Below the pieces are notes generated by a model, which worked only from the letters and a program-made list of their open reading frames with translations, was not told the DNA's origin and ran no database searches. Positions 1 through 12,900 of a stretch of 64,000 nt of DNA are shown here, one piece after another; within the stretch, counting starts at the first letter, position 1, and each line of letters begins with the position of its first letter. Location: NCBI GenBank assembly GCA_937625935.1, contig OW569344.1, positions 635,784 through 699,783 of the forward strand, in the 5' to 3' direction. Source of the DNA: Tetramitus jugosus. Taxonomy: Eukaryota > Protista > Heterolobosea. The translations under genes were made by a program, and so were the position numbers.

Positions 1-1
1 C

Positions 2-895
2 AGTATCAGTCCAAATACCTCCCCTCAAAATGAGCACATTTACTCGTCTGTTATCATTTCTGGAAAGAAGGTGCTCCACAAGTATTTGAATCCAAACTTG
101 TTCCTTGTCTCCTCGATCGAATCACTCGAGGATTCCAAGACTCTGCACTTGTACATGATTGATAGTGTGACTGGTCGCAGAGTACAACATGCAACATTTG
201 AGGATATTGAAGGTCCTGTCAGCACTCTCATTGACGACAATGTCGTTCTATGCCAGTACATGAGCGCTAAGCCAAGAAGACCACAATTGACTGTGTTTGA
301 ACTGTTTGTCAACAGCCCAAGCGACCAAGATGCATCTTTCATCCGTTCTGTCATTGACAGATTCTCTACTCAAAAGCAACAGGTGATCGCCTCTCAGGAC
401 TTACAAACACCCGTCATGCTCCAAGCTACTTACATTCTTCCATACGCTGCCCGAACCATTGTTCCAACCAAGACATCCATTGGTGTGACATCCAAGGAAT
501 ATCTTTTGGCTCTCACCAACGATCAAATCATGCAGTTGAACAAGAAGGCTGTTGATGTGCGAAGACCAAGAGCTGGAATGCCAATCGATGAAGAGTTGGT
601 CCCATATAACCCATATGTGCCATACTCTACCTTTAACATATTAACTTATAATCGCACAGTCTATCATGTGAATCACATCCATACGGAGCCTAGTCGATTG
701 GAGTCGACCACTCACGTCTTTGCTCACGGTATTGACAATTTCTACAGAAGAATTGCACCATCCAAGCCATTCGATTCCTTGGAAGAAGGATTCTCTCATA
801 CGCTCTTGCTGCTCACCATTACTGGTGTCATCTTGTTGACCTTGGCCGCCAAGGTGTACTCTGAAAAGAAGGCTCTCACTCAACTTTGGCAATAA
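2..895 (+). CDS. EMC1: ER membrane protein complex subunit 1, C-terminal part (5' end outside window)
   Basis: Frame is open from position 2. Motifs KVLHKYLNPN, TSIGVTSKEYL, SRLESTTHVFAHGIDNF, PSKPFDSL, then a C-terminal TM helix ending LTQLWQ, all typical of the EMC1 C-terminal domain. Confidence 0.93.
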   Translation, partial: SISPNTSPQNEHIYSSVIISGKKVLHKYLNPNLFLVSSIESLEDSKTLHLYMIDSVTGRRVQHATFEDIEGPVSTLIDDNVVLCQYMSAKPRRPQLTVFELFVNSPSDQDASFIRSVIDRFSTQKQQVIASQDLQTPVMLQATYILPYAARTIVPTKTSIGVTSKEYLLALTNDQIMQLNKKAVDVRRPRAGMPIDEELVPYNPYVPYSTFNILTYNRTVYHVNHIHTEPSRLESTTHVFAHGIDNFYRRIAPSKPFDSLEEGFSHTLLLLTITGVILLTLAAKVYSEKKALTQLWQ

Positions 896-1005
896 AATTG
901 TAGTTCTTTGAACTTGTGAACTTGTTCCTTGTGGAACGGTTCACTTTTTTTGTAATTTGAAACCAAAAAACGAAATAAGGTCAGAAAAACAGTTCATCAT
1001 TTATC

Positions 1006-2964
1006 ATGCTTCGATTGGCTGCCCAGAGAGCGCTGTTTCGCCCTCCAATGCAACAACATCGATTGTTGTTGAATTCCATTCGTGGATCTACTCCCATTTC
1101 TTTGTCAAAGCCTTGTTCTTTCCACAGGAACATCCCGCATACCACCAGTGATGGCAGCAGTTCTGCTGTTGCTGATTCTGCTCTGAAATCTGCTGGCAAT
1201 GAATTTGTGGCATCAAACTTGTTGTCTTCAGCAGCAGCAGGCAAGAGTGAACAAGAGGATCCGCAGACACATGCGTTTGTTTCTGCTATGTTCACAAAGA
1301 CTCTGGGAACTGAAGTACCTCGCACGGAGAATGGTGCCATTACGAATGCAAGCTCCCAGGATGCACTGGTAGATCTCTTTTTTCACATGGTTGAGCCAAT
1401 TGGATCGGCAAAAATTGTTGATTTGTTGAATAAGGCATGGGCACAAGATGCTGTTTGCTGTTTGAAGCTCATCTTCCAATTGAAGCACGTCAAGAAGGGC
1501 AAAGGAGAGAAAAGATTGTTCTATCAATGTATGAAATGGTTGTTGTTGAATCATCCAAAAACAGCTCTGGCCAATGTTCACTTGATTCCAGAGGCTGGCT
1601 ACTGGAAGGACCTGCTGTACATGTTAGATAAGATCAAGAAAAAGAAGAAGAGAACGATGGAGAGTGCATTTGCAGACATTCCATACTACAGAGAATTGTA
1701 CGATTGTGTCGTTGACATGTTTGTTGAGCAATTGAGAAGCGACAAGGACAAATTAAATAGTGGAGTGAAAGTAATGTCTATGGCAGCAAAGTGGGCCCCA
1801 AGGTAAGTATTGAACAACAACTAGTGTTATTATAATTAGTTTCATCCAATATGAGTAATGTAATTACTTACACTTACATCTTACGAATGGCTTAGTATCA
1901 AGCACTCGTTTGATAAGAAGCTGGGAATTGGTAGTGCCATTGCAAGAAAGTTGTTCCCGCAGAGTGAAATGTATGATCCCAATGCTACATATGCAAAGTA
2001 TCTTCATATTGCACATGTAAAGTATCAGAATGAGTATTTGTCTCCTTTGAGGGCATCATCCGGTGTGATCGAGATACTCATGTCTGCCAAGAAGTGGAGT
2101 GAAATCCCTTATGAGAATGTTCCATCCGTATGCATGAAAAACAACTCCAAATGGTTCCTTCGCCACGACGAGACAAGGTTCGAGCAGTATTTGAACTCTG
2201 TTCGAACAGGAGAATCAAAGATCAACGCTGGTGCCATCTATCCACATGAAATTGTAGAACAAATGATGTCGATTAAACACGATACAAACAACAACCAAGC
2301 TCTAGAGCTTCAGTGGAAAGAGATTGTGAGACAAGTGAAGAAAGAAGGAGTGTTGACAAATTGTCTTGCTGTGTCTGATGTTTCTGGATCCATGAACGGC
2401 ACACCAATGAACGTGTCTATTGCTTTGGGTCTACTTGTTTCTGAAGTTGCCCAACCTCCGTTCAATAGTATCCTTTGCACATTTAGTGAAAAGCCAGAGT
2501 TCTTCACTGTGCCTGATTTACCACTTGAACAAAAAGTGAAGGCTATAATGGCCATGGATTGGGGATGCAATACAGATTTTCAATCTGTTTTTGATATGAT
2601 CTTACAGAAAGCAATTGAAAACAAGCTACAACCGAATGAAATGGTGAAAACCATATTTGTATTCTCTGATATGGAGTTTGATGAAGCGAGTGGGTCTGAA
2701 ACAGACCTTAGCTTAGTCAGAAAGAAGTTCAGTGACGCTGGTTATCCAGTCCCTTTATTGGTATTCTGGAATTTGAGAGCATCATTCTCTGTTCCTGCTG
2801 TGAACAATGACCCCAACGTTGCACTTCTCAGTGGTTTCTCTCACAACCTCCTCAAAATTTTCATGAATGGAGACCTCGATCTGAAGCAGGGCATCACTCC
2901 TTCTCTTGTTTTGAATCTAACATTGGATGATCCTTTCTTTGCTCGAGTGGTTGTTGTGGACTAA
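1006..2964 (+). CDS. DUF2828 family (TROVE/vWA-like) protein with mitochondrial-type presequence; 2 exons, intron 1803-1895
   Basis: TENGA, LVDLFF, GKGEK, GYWKDL, AAKWAP, DVSGSMNG, DWGCNTDF, FSDMEFD and LVFWNLR motifs. A GTAAGT...TTAG intron joins KWAPS-IKHSFDKK in frame. Confidence 0.88.
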
Positions 2965-2993
2965 TAAAATGGTAATGTCAAAGAGCTTGTTTC

Positions 2994-3368
2994 TTACTTG
3001 TTGATTTCATTGTCAGACAGCCTGGGCAGGATTTGTGCTTCTGCTGCATGTTCCAACAGATTCCGAACATGCACACGAAGTAATGTCTTCTCAAACTGAC
3101 TCATCCGTTCTTCTATATCTTTCAACTGCAGAAACAGTTCGAAAGTGCAATGGATCGTGGGTAAAGTTGCATCCTGACTGTTCTGCTTCTCAGCCAGGTG
3201 AGACAACAATAGCTCGTGTTGTCTCCGAGAAAGAACAGGTCGAAAGACTGACGAGGCTTTGAGATCAGACTTGTTTCTGACGAGATACTTTTGATACTTG
3301 GTGTGAATTCGATCCAAGCGTTGCACATCTTCATCGTTGAGCTCCACACAATGATCGCTGTTTGGCAT
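2994..3368 (-). CDS. Hypothetical protein, 124 aa
   Basis: ATG preceded by an A-rich leader; the ORF fills the gap between two genes. No family recognised. Confidence 0.55.
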   Translation of the reverse strand: MPNSDHCVELNDEDVQRLDRIHTKYQKYLVRNKSDLKASSVFRPVLSRRQHELLLSHLAEKQNSQDATLPTIHCTFELFLQLKDIEERMSQFEKTLLRVHVRNLLEHAAEAQILPRLSDNEINK

Positions 3369-3477
3369 CTTTTCTCTTTGTTTTTTTGTGTTGGCTTAGT
3401 TTTGGTGGGCAGTGCGTAAGTGCATAAATAGTTGTTTTATTCTCTCTCATGTTACATTGTACAGTCGTGTGCTTGTT

Positions 3478-6373
3478 TTACTGTGCCAAGTATTGCTCAG
3501 GGGTGAGCACGAGTTGGAATTCTGTAATCTCCACTCCATACTCACAACCACCAACAAACACTTGATTGGTTACTGCATTTCTCTTGCTGTCACCTCCCTC
3601 GACATAAACACCTGAGAAAACATGAGATTCACTGTTCAATTTGATTAACACGGGACCAGGTGCATACTGAGCATAATCAAGTGGATTACGGTTCATCTTA
3701 AATTTGGCAACCAAGGTCTCTCCCTGCTTCTGCTCAGGATTGAACTTGACATCTTGCAATCTCCACAACAACTTTTGTTGCTGTTGTGTCCATCTACCCT
3801 CAGGTTTTGACTGTGCAGCTAACACATTCAAATCATCGGATTGATGTTCTTTGGTGACTGGTTGGACGAGCACAGACAGATTCTTGAGCGGTGTATCGGG
3901 ATTGACCTTGTACTTGATTAGGAGCGTCATGACTGCATCTTGCACTCTAAACTTGGGCTGGAAGACAATTGGCATTGGATACATGTTCTCTTGGATCTTG
4001 TATCGCAAGAGTACGACGGGACCCTTTGAAATCTCTTGAGCACCCACCGAGCAATTGAAATTATATTCGTCATTGATTTGACGGCAATACTTTGGATTGC
4101 ATCGAATACTAGCAATCTTTTCAGTCTTGGACAAGCTGAGTACGAAATCATGTTGAGTCATACCGTGAGTATGATCAGAGGAGAACGGCTTCACCATCAC
4201 CTCACCAACAAGTTGATACTTTGTCCGATTTGAACCAGTGTACACGACTTCAATCTTCTCCTTCACAGCAGCAGTCAAATAGATGACCTGGGCTCTCTCC
4301 TCGAATTTCTTCAGAATTTGACTTGGATCAAATCCTTGCATAACCACTGGTGGTTGATTTGTATTGGCTGGCTGTGGTCTCTTTCTTGGCTCCTGTTGCG
4401 TCTTTGGCTGAGTTCTTGGAGGTGCAAAAGTCAAATTAGCGTTGAGTTGTGGTGGTTGAGGTGGTGTGAACGATGGCAGCGTACGGTTGTTATTCTTGTT
4501 CAGATCAACGTTAGTCGATGTGACTGGAGGAGTTGGTTTTCCTAACAGGTCATCCAAATCGGAAAATACTGGATTTTGTACAGGTTTTGGAGGCAAATTG
4601 GATAGTGGAGTGGGTTGCAGTATACTAGACGAATCTGTAGCAGAAGCATCAAATCCACTCAACAAATCGTCCAATGATATTCCAAATGAATTATTGTTAT
4701 TGTTTCGACTCGTGTAATTTGCAGGTGAATCCATCATGCTGCTCGAAGATAAACTGTTTCTACCATTTGTGCCGCTCGTGTATACACTCGTATTTGTAAA
4801 CGTGTCACTGCTCTCGCTATTGTCATGACTATCGGTATCCACTTGCAACAAACTAAAGTTGCTATCCAATTTCTTTCTCTCGTTTTCCTTCTTGATCGCA
4901 TGGCTCGGTGGTTGATCAAACATTGACAATCCTCCATTATTCACAATATTCGTATTATTATTCGCATTGTTACTTGCAAGAATGGGTTGGAACGTGGGTG
5001 TCACAAGTGTTCCAAACGTGTCGTCCAACATTTCCAAATTGTTCTTTGTAAGCGATGAGAGTTGCTTGAGTCGAGCACTCGACAATCCATTGTCTCTCTG
5101 ATGATCCAATTGTGTTTGACTTCTCGTGCGATGATAGTGTGGCAATGGTTCATCCGTAGGTGCTCTGTTTTTGTTTGTTCGCAAGCATTTTCCAATTGAC
5201 ACGTACATATACATGGATATCGAATAAAAATATAATAAATACATGACACACATAAAAACAACAATACACAATGGTCAATCATCAACTTGTCATCAACAAA
5301 CAAACCACAAGAACAACAACAACAACAATAGTAGTAGCTCTTGAACAATTCAACAAAACAAATAATCACGTACGAAAAATCTTGTCCAAACTGAGACAAA
5401 AACAACTCATTGTCACTGGCACTCGTATCCAACTCACTCGTCTCAAAACAAAACTTTTCCAAAATTTCAAATCTCTTTTGATGAACACTCGCCTGTTTCC
5501 TATTCTCACTCCACTCTGTATTAATGTTTGACATTTCAGTCATGCTCATCATCATTGCATCATTGTGTTTTCGTGCAGATGATGTCATGACTCCACCAAT
5601 CATACTACCACCACTAGTGCCCTTTTTTCCCATGGCCATGCTTGCTGTTGTGATGGCGGCAGGTCGATTGGCCATGGAATGCATTGGACCAGTGTCCGAC
5701 AGTTTACTCTTGGACACAATATCCAATTCCTTGGTTGGTTCCTTGAATGTGTTGCTCTCGTGCAACAATTCTTCTAGTGCGAGCATGACTTGACCATATT
5801 TTCGATAGACTGCACCAACAGATACCTCTACGCCCTTGCACGTCTCAAACAAAATACTATCATCATCACCATTTGAATTATCATTGTCATCATTTGAAAC
5901 ATCATATAGAGATGAAAAAAAAAAGGAAAAAGGCATAAATGAGAATGAGCATGATGCATAGAGAGAGAGACGAAAAAGAGAGAGAAACAGATAGGATACG
6001 GTACCGTTTGGCATGATTGATACATCTCAGTGCATCAAACGGATAATCATTGACTGAACAAACAGCAACGACATAAATTTCGTTCAATAGCACAAAAACA
6101 GAACGAAACCGGTTCAATAGCACAACGTCACCACTGTTGTTTGTTTGTTTTTTTTGACAAAAAATACATGTTAGTAAGCTGCTGTTGATGATGATGATAA
6201 AGAGAGAGAGCTAAGATGTGTGATTCATACCGAACATCAGTCACTTTTTGAATATATTTTCCAAATTGTTTGGAGATGAGCAATGATTGGTGAAGCAATA
6301 GCTCATCACTAGAGTGTAAAAATAGGTTGAGTCGAGAGCGTTGCTCTTGAACGAATAGACATAGAACGCCCAT
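3478..6373 (-). CDS. TCUP: TSET/TPLATE complex medium subunit TCUP (TML-like): N-terminal longin-like domain and C-terminal mu-homology (muniscin) domain; introns 6134-6230, 5857-6004, 5165-5373
   Basis: Three GT-AG introns splice in frame to give ...FRSVFVLLNEIYVVAV...PFDALRCINHAKRILFETCKGVEVSVGAVYRKYGQVMLALEELLH, resembling the plant TML N-terminus. The C-terminus (AVKEKIEV...LVGEV...VLLRYKI...SKPEGRW...KLLWRL) is a mu-homology domain. Confidence 0.8.
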
Positions 6374-7154
6374 TATTATTGTTGTTGTTGATGTTGATAG
6401 TGATGATCAAAAAACTTTCTTTTTTTTGCAATGGATTATTTTTTTTGGTGTAATGTAACAAATTAAGTTATCAAATCGTGAGCTCTCTTCTATTGAGAAT
6501 AATCAACAAGTACTTGTATCAATGTCTGTGTAGGCTGTTGATTGCTGCGTGGATAATGACAGACTTGTGAGCTTTCGTTCTTGCTGGCAGGAGAAATCAC
6601 CGGACAAATCAAGAAATTCGGAATAATATCGCTTGGAGTGGGAACTGGTGGGTCAATACAATCAAACATTCATGGGTTCACGCACTGCCTGAAACATTGA
6701 ATGTTCACACAAGCAGGCTTGGAGTTGATAAATACTCTCTTGAACAAGAGAAAGAGGTCGCTGAGCAGAAGAGAATCGAAGAACGCGAGAGAAAGAAGAA
6801 CAAGAGAAAAATAAGGAAGAGGCAATCCAAAATGATATTCAACCACAAGAAGACTTTTGAATTTACTGCAATCTTCTTGTTTTTGTAACCGATGAAAAAC
6901 CAGAATCAAACTCACTCGCCATGCCTTCAATCATTGATCGCGCCAACTTTCCTTTGCTGCGGAAAATAATTATTCAATGGTTTTGTGCAGTCGGATCTAT
7001 TATGCGAACAAGAAATTCAGCCCCGAAATCGAATTTTCACACATTCAGAGTATTCAACAAGCTCTCCGAGAGCTCACTGTTTCAAACAACAACCAAAAAA
7101 CAAACAACAAAACAACAACATCAACAACAACAACAACAAAACCTACTAACAACA

Positions 7155-9049
7155 ATGGCCAAAAAACCAACGACAAAAAAATTAACAAAGAAACAACAAG
7201 AACAACTTGCTAGACAACAGCAACTCGAGGAAGAAGAACTCGCAAGACAAGCCGATGAAGAAGCAGAAGAAGAAGAAGAAGAATCTGTTCACATTACTGC
7301 GACTGGTAACTTGACCAGTCATCCACTGTCTATGGATCTCAAATTTGAGCATTTTTCCATTTCCATCACATCTCCACACAGCACTCAATCCGTCGAGTTG
7401 ATTGATGACACTGATTTGTGCCTGAACAGAGGTCAGAGATATGGTCTGCTAGGTCTCAACGGTTGCGGAAAGTCTACTCTGCTAAAGTGTCTCGGAAAAC
7501 GCATGGTTCCCATTCCAAAACAAATTTCAATCTTTCATTTGAGTTCAGAGGCCAAACCAACAGACAAGACCTCATTGGACTATGTGTTGGAGAGTGTTGA
7601 CAAGGAGAGAGAGGCACTCACAGTCGAATTAAACAGTGCAACAGTCACTGTAGAGAGACAAGAGTTGATTATGGATCGGTTGGACGAGTTGGATCCAGAG
7701 TGGGCCAAACCAAGAGCAGCCAAGATTCTTTTTGGTCTCGGTTTCACAAAGGATATGCAAGCCAAACCAACAAAGGACTTTTCTGGTGGTTGGAGAATGA
7801 GAATTGCGTTGGCAGAAGCACTGTTCAGAGAGCCTGATTTGCTCTTGTTGGACGAGCCAACGAATCATTTGGATATGGAGACTGTTGTCTGGCTGGAAAA
7901 GTATTTGAAAGAGTATGAAAAGTCATTGGTTCTCATTTCTCACTCTCAAGATTTTATGAACAGTGTGTGCACATCCATTATTCACATCAAGGATCAACGA
8001 TTAACCTACTATGGAGGTAATTATGACACGTATGAGAAGACGAGAAGAGAATTGGAGACGAATCAAATGAAAAAGTATCAATCTGAACAAGATGAAATTG
8101 CAAGAATGAAGGACTACATTAACCGTTTCGGTAGCAGTTCCATCAAGTTGGCAAGACAGGCCAAATCAAAGGAGAAGACCTTGGAAAAGATGGTTCGTGG
8201 AGGTCTCACTGAAAAGGTGACTATGGATCGTGTGTACAAGTTCCGTTTCCCAGAAGTGGCCGATTTGCCACCACCTATTCTCCAGTTTACTGAAGTATCA
8301 TTCCACTATCCAGTGACCGAAGCCAATCCAAATCCAAAGCAATTGTTTACGGATTTGAACTTGGGTGTCGATCTGGATTCAAGAGTCGCTCTCGTTGGTC
8401 CAAACGGTGCGGGCAAGGTATGTTTCATTCAACTCTTTTTTTTTTTGTAATTTCCTTCCACTTTTCACATACTGACACACACGCTTTTATTGTTTACAAC
8501 AAACAGTCAACTCTGCTAAAGCTCATGGTCAAGAAGTTGCAACCAACATCTGGACAAACATCGCATCACAGTCATTTGCGTATCGGATGGTACCATCAGC
8601 ATTTGGCTGAATTGTTGGACGAGAACATGACTCCATTGGATTGGATGTTTAGAGAGTTCCCTGACATGTGTGAGAACAATTCACAGGGTATTGAAGCCAT
8701 GAGAAGTCAAATTGGTCGTTATGGTATCACTGGTAGACATCAAACGAGTCCAATTAAGACCTTGTCCGATGGTTTGAAATCCAGAATTATTTTCGCATGG
8801 TTGGCATTCAAGGCTCCGCATATGCTCTTCTTGGATGAACCTACGAATCATTTGGATATTGAAACCATTGATGCACTGGCAGAGGCCATTAATGAATTCG
8901 AGGGAGGTCTCGTTCTCGTTTCTCACGACTTTAGATTGATCAATCAAGTTGCAAAGGAAATTTGGGAAGTCAAGGACGGAGTTGTGCTCAAGTTCAAGGA
9001 CGGCATCGATGCTTACAAGAAGAAGATTGAACAAGATTTGAAAGACTAA
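7155..9049 (+). CDS. ABCF2: ABC-F family ATPase; intron 8418-8506
   Basis: Two ABC cassettes ([27 protein letters not shown]; GPNGAGK|[22 protein letters not shown]), no TM segments, GTATGT...ACAG intron. Confidence 0.92.
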
Positions 9050-9928
9050 ACGCAATTATGCAAACATTTATTATCCTATTTGTTATTTCACACATGTGCT
9101 CGTTGATCCATGCTAGATGATTCAGAATCGCCTTTTCGACGTCATTATTTAATGTTTCATGCAACACAAAGCCAGCCACCCTTTCAACACATGCACCACC
9201 ATCTATTCGCTCAAGCACACGACAACCCTTCCAATACAATGGACAGAAAATGGCCAACCATCACAAAAGTGCTTCTCTAACGAACACCATCAAACACCAC
9301 CACAACAAAAGCAAACAACAAATGGAGACTGCTGTGCACGTGCAACGAACCAACTGTATGTAAATGCCTTTGTGAATCCAAGCGAAAAGCTATGCTTCAA
9401 AGGATCACCAATTACATTTCAATTTACACGTAAATATTTGAGGCAGTGTAATCACGAATGACGAAAAAGCTTTGATTCATTCATGTTCTATGCTGCCTCA
9501 ATTTTACAACTATACGCACATGCACGCACAATCACCTAATTGTAGCTTGCTATTTGCTGTTGCTATGCTCATAATGATCGCATCACAAAGAAGATGTCTT
9601 TTGGAGATCAAAGCTTTTTTCTCTCTGCCAATAAATTGACATGTGCGAACAAACGAGCATGAAAAAAAAGAGTAGCTAACCAACATGTTGTGTGAAACGT
9701 CATTATACACACAAAGGTGTACAATAAGATTATAGAAAATTCAGACCTTTTACTTCATGTCATCATAATCATCCATTCAATGGATCAACGCTCACACACA
9801 ATCATAAAAAACAACAAGTTGTCTCTCGATGACAATGTTTGCGCGTTTTGTCTGCAAAGAGAAAAAATTCCTGAACTTTCCAATTTCCACCTCATCAGAG
9901 TAAAAGCTCACAACAAGAAAAAAAAAAG

Positions 9929-12900
9929 ATGGTGTCACCATCATCCACAACACCAATCACATCTTCATTATCCATGCTACGACTCTCCTTCCTCCTCTTT
10001 TTTTTATTATTATCAAGTCACCTCATCACATGTGCAACCACTACAACAACAACAACAACAACAACCAAAAACAACAACAACAACAGTCCTAGTCATAATT
10101 TATCATCATTTCATTGGCCATTGATCAACCATGATTCACTCAACAATAGACAAACAAGTCATGCATTCCCAGAGAACAAACCTATTGCCCTACCTGAAAT
10201 TTCATCATCATCACCGTTTTCTCTCTATCATCATGGATGTGTCAAATCAATCACAAGTGTATCCACTACCACACCACCAAAAAGTATCGTTATTGATGAA
10301 TGGAATCACTTGTACACGTTTCAATTGATTGATTCACAGAGTGTTTTCATCATTTCATTGTTTGAAGATGGTAGTGTTCGATGGTTCAAGCGATTGACTC
10401 TTCCTAGTGCATGGGTCAATCATATAGACGATGAAAAGGAGATTGTTTCAATGGAAACTTGTCAATTGTCATTGATTCGAGCGTATGATGAAGCAGGACA
10501 AGCAAAGAGTGCGTTATTAACGTTTTCTACGGTGGATTCCATTTTGTTTTTGAGTACGAGTGATGGTCAAGTGGTTCAGACGTTGAAATTGGATTATCCG
10601 AGCTTTGCATCCGAGTGTAGGAACAAGACTGGACATTCCATGGTATCAGAGGTCATACAGACAACGATAACAATGATGCCAAATATGATGGTATCAAGTG
10701 AGGATATTCTTATGAAGAATAAGAAGAGGATGGGCAATGGTGGTGATCAAAGTGAAAAAGAAGAAGAAGAGATTGAAGATGATGATGATGATGATGATGC
10801 GACAACAAAGATACAAACGGCATTGACGATTGAGTGCAGTACGAAATTAGCTCTGTTGCAGCCGTTTTCAAAAACGAATAGTTTTCGATTTCGGTGGCAA
10901 AGGTTTGAGACGGATGCCAGTTTTTATTATTCGCCTCATTTGGCATTGACGAGCAAGTTTTTATATGCAATGGCGTACTATTATCACGAGAGTACCACCA
11001 GTAGCACTGATCAACTGTTGTCTTATTTGATTGCAGTGGATATATCCCATTCAGGAGCAGATCCGGAGGTGATTGCATGGCGGTTCGATGCAAATATTCA
11101 TAATGAAACTGTGCAGATGGACGAATTGTTTTCGAATCCTGTGGTTACGAACGACGAGAAACAAGTGTATGTCGGATTGTTAAAGTCTGGTCAAATTGTA
11201 TCACTGGATGCTCAGTCTGGTGATGTGTTGTGGATAACTAGTATAAGCGATCATTTGAAGAAGTGTGATCCACTGTCGAGTGGCGCCATTTTGCATAGAG
11301 ATCTTGCTTTGTTTACAAATGCAACAGAGACGAGCACAGACTTGTTCATCTATGTTTCTTCGGTGTGTGGTGATGTAGTTGCCATTGATGGATACTCAGG
11401 TAATGTACGCTGGGCTCAAATTCAAACTCAACAATCGTCTTCTCAACTCTCAGATAGTTCATCTCTTATTGTCTCCAAGCAGGGAAATCTCATATTGCCA
11501 TACTTTACAACCAAGCAGGGAATCTCTGAATGGGTTGTGACCAATATGGATGCAACAACAGGAAATACTGTGTGGACAAAGAGTATCAAAACATTGGATT
11601 CACTGAAAAAGAATAGTCGCGCTTTTCTGTCAGATAACATAGGACCTATTTCTGTCTCGTCTCATGGTACCTTGTACTATCAAATCTCATCTAGAGGCAA
11701 CTCCATACAGCGATTGGGACAAGTTATGATTAAAACTTTGTCGCCATCGAGCATCTACTTTGCAGAGATTGATAACAGTGATAGGCCAGTGAATATTACC
11801 GTTACATTTGAACAGCCAAACTCTACCCTGTTGAACGTGTACAATGACGGTCACTCAGTCTCTTGCTTTGTAATTGTTCCCTTGTTGTCCCCTATCGATG
11901 AGGTTCAATTCCCTGGATACATTGTTGATGGAATAGCCCACTGTCTCATCAGCAACCTGACTTCATACTTTAAGTTCGTTACGCCGTTTAAGAGTGCTGC
12001 TACAATTGTTGTGATGGTGCAAGTTGGACAATATCGAACAAACAGTCTCCCAGTGTTGGTATACAACAGTCCCAGACTAGATAGCGCAATGCCAAAGTAT
12101 GCTCCCGTCCGTTCTGCACAACCCATTTGGGTCTATGGCCAGTTTAATGCATCGCTCAAGGATCAGACGATTATCTGCTCGTACACTGATCAAACTTCGC
12201 TGGCAGAATATTTGGTGAACGGTCGAATCATTGATGAAGGGAGGGCTCTTTGTCCTATTGCATGTGACTATCCCCAACGTACGCGGTATTCACTCAAGGT
12301 CTGTGTTCCAGTTCCGAATCAATCAGCCCCCAAGGGAAGCAAATTAACTCCATGCAGCTACTTCTTTAGAGTGAGCAATTATACATTGCTCATCTATGAT
12401 CCTCCAGTTTTTGATTCGGCAAATGGTACTTTGAGTCCTGTGAGTCAATCATCAACGCGCACACTCGTCATGACTGGCCGAGGATTTGAACCAGAGGTCA
12501 TGAATGATAAGTCAACGAAAATGTCTTGCCTGTTTGAGACCTGTGTATCTACGGGACCAATCAGAACTGAGGCTGCTTGCTCATCCTTCAACTCGAAACA
12601 AATCCAAACAAAGGAACAACAGGTCAAATGCATATGTGACTATCCAACGTACTGCACTCTGAACTCGCATGACGTTTACAAAAAGATTCCTATATTATTT
12701 AGTGAATCCTACCTAAATTTGGGTGTGGGAGACATTGGTGGAGTATTCAATACAACCAACCAAGATGTTATCATTTATAGGGAACCTCGCGTCTCATCCA
12801 TGGAACCAAAATCAAGCAACTACTCTGGTGGTCACCTATGTACTGTACATGGTTCTGAATTCTTCCCATCTCCTTCCTTGGCCTGCCGATTTGGCAATGA

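Noticed and set aside
6400-7154. Short ORFs 6670-6930 and 6697-6888 and the long 5' extension of the ABCF2 ORF
   Set aside because: No recognisable family; low-complexity leader sequence. A small gene cannot be excluded but is unsupported.
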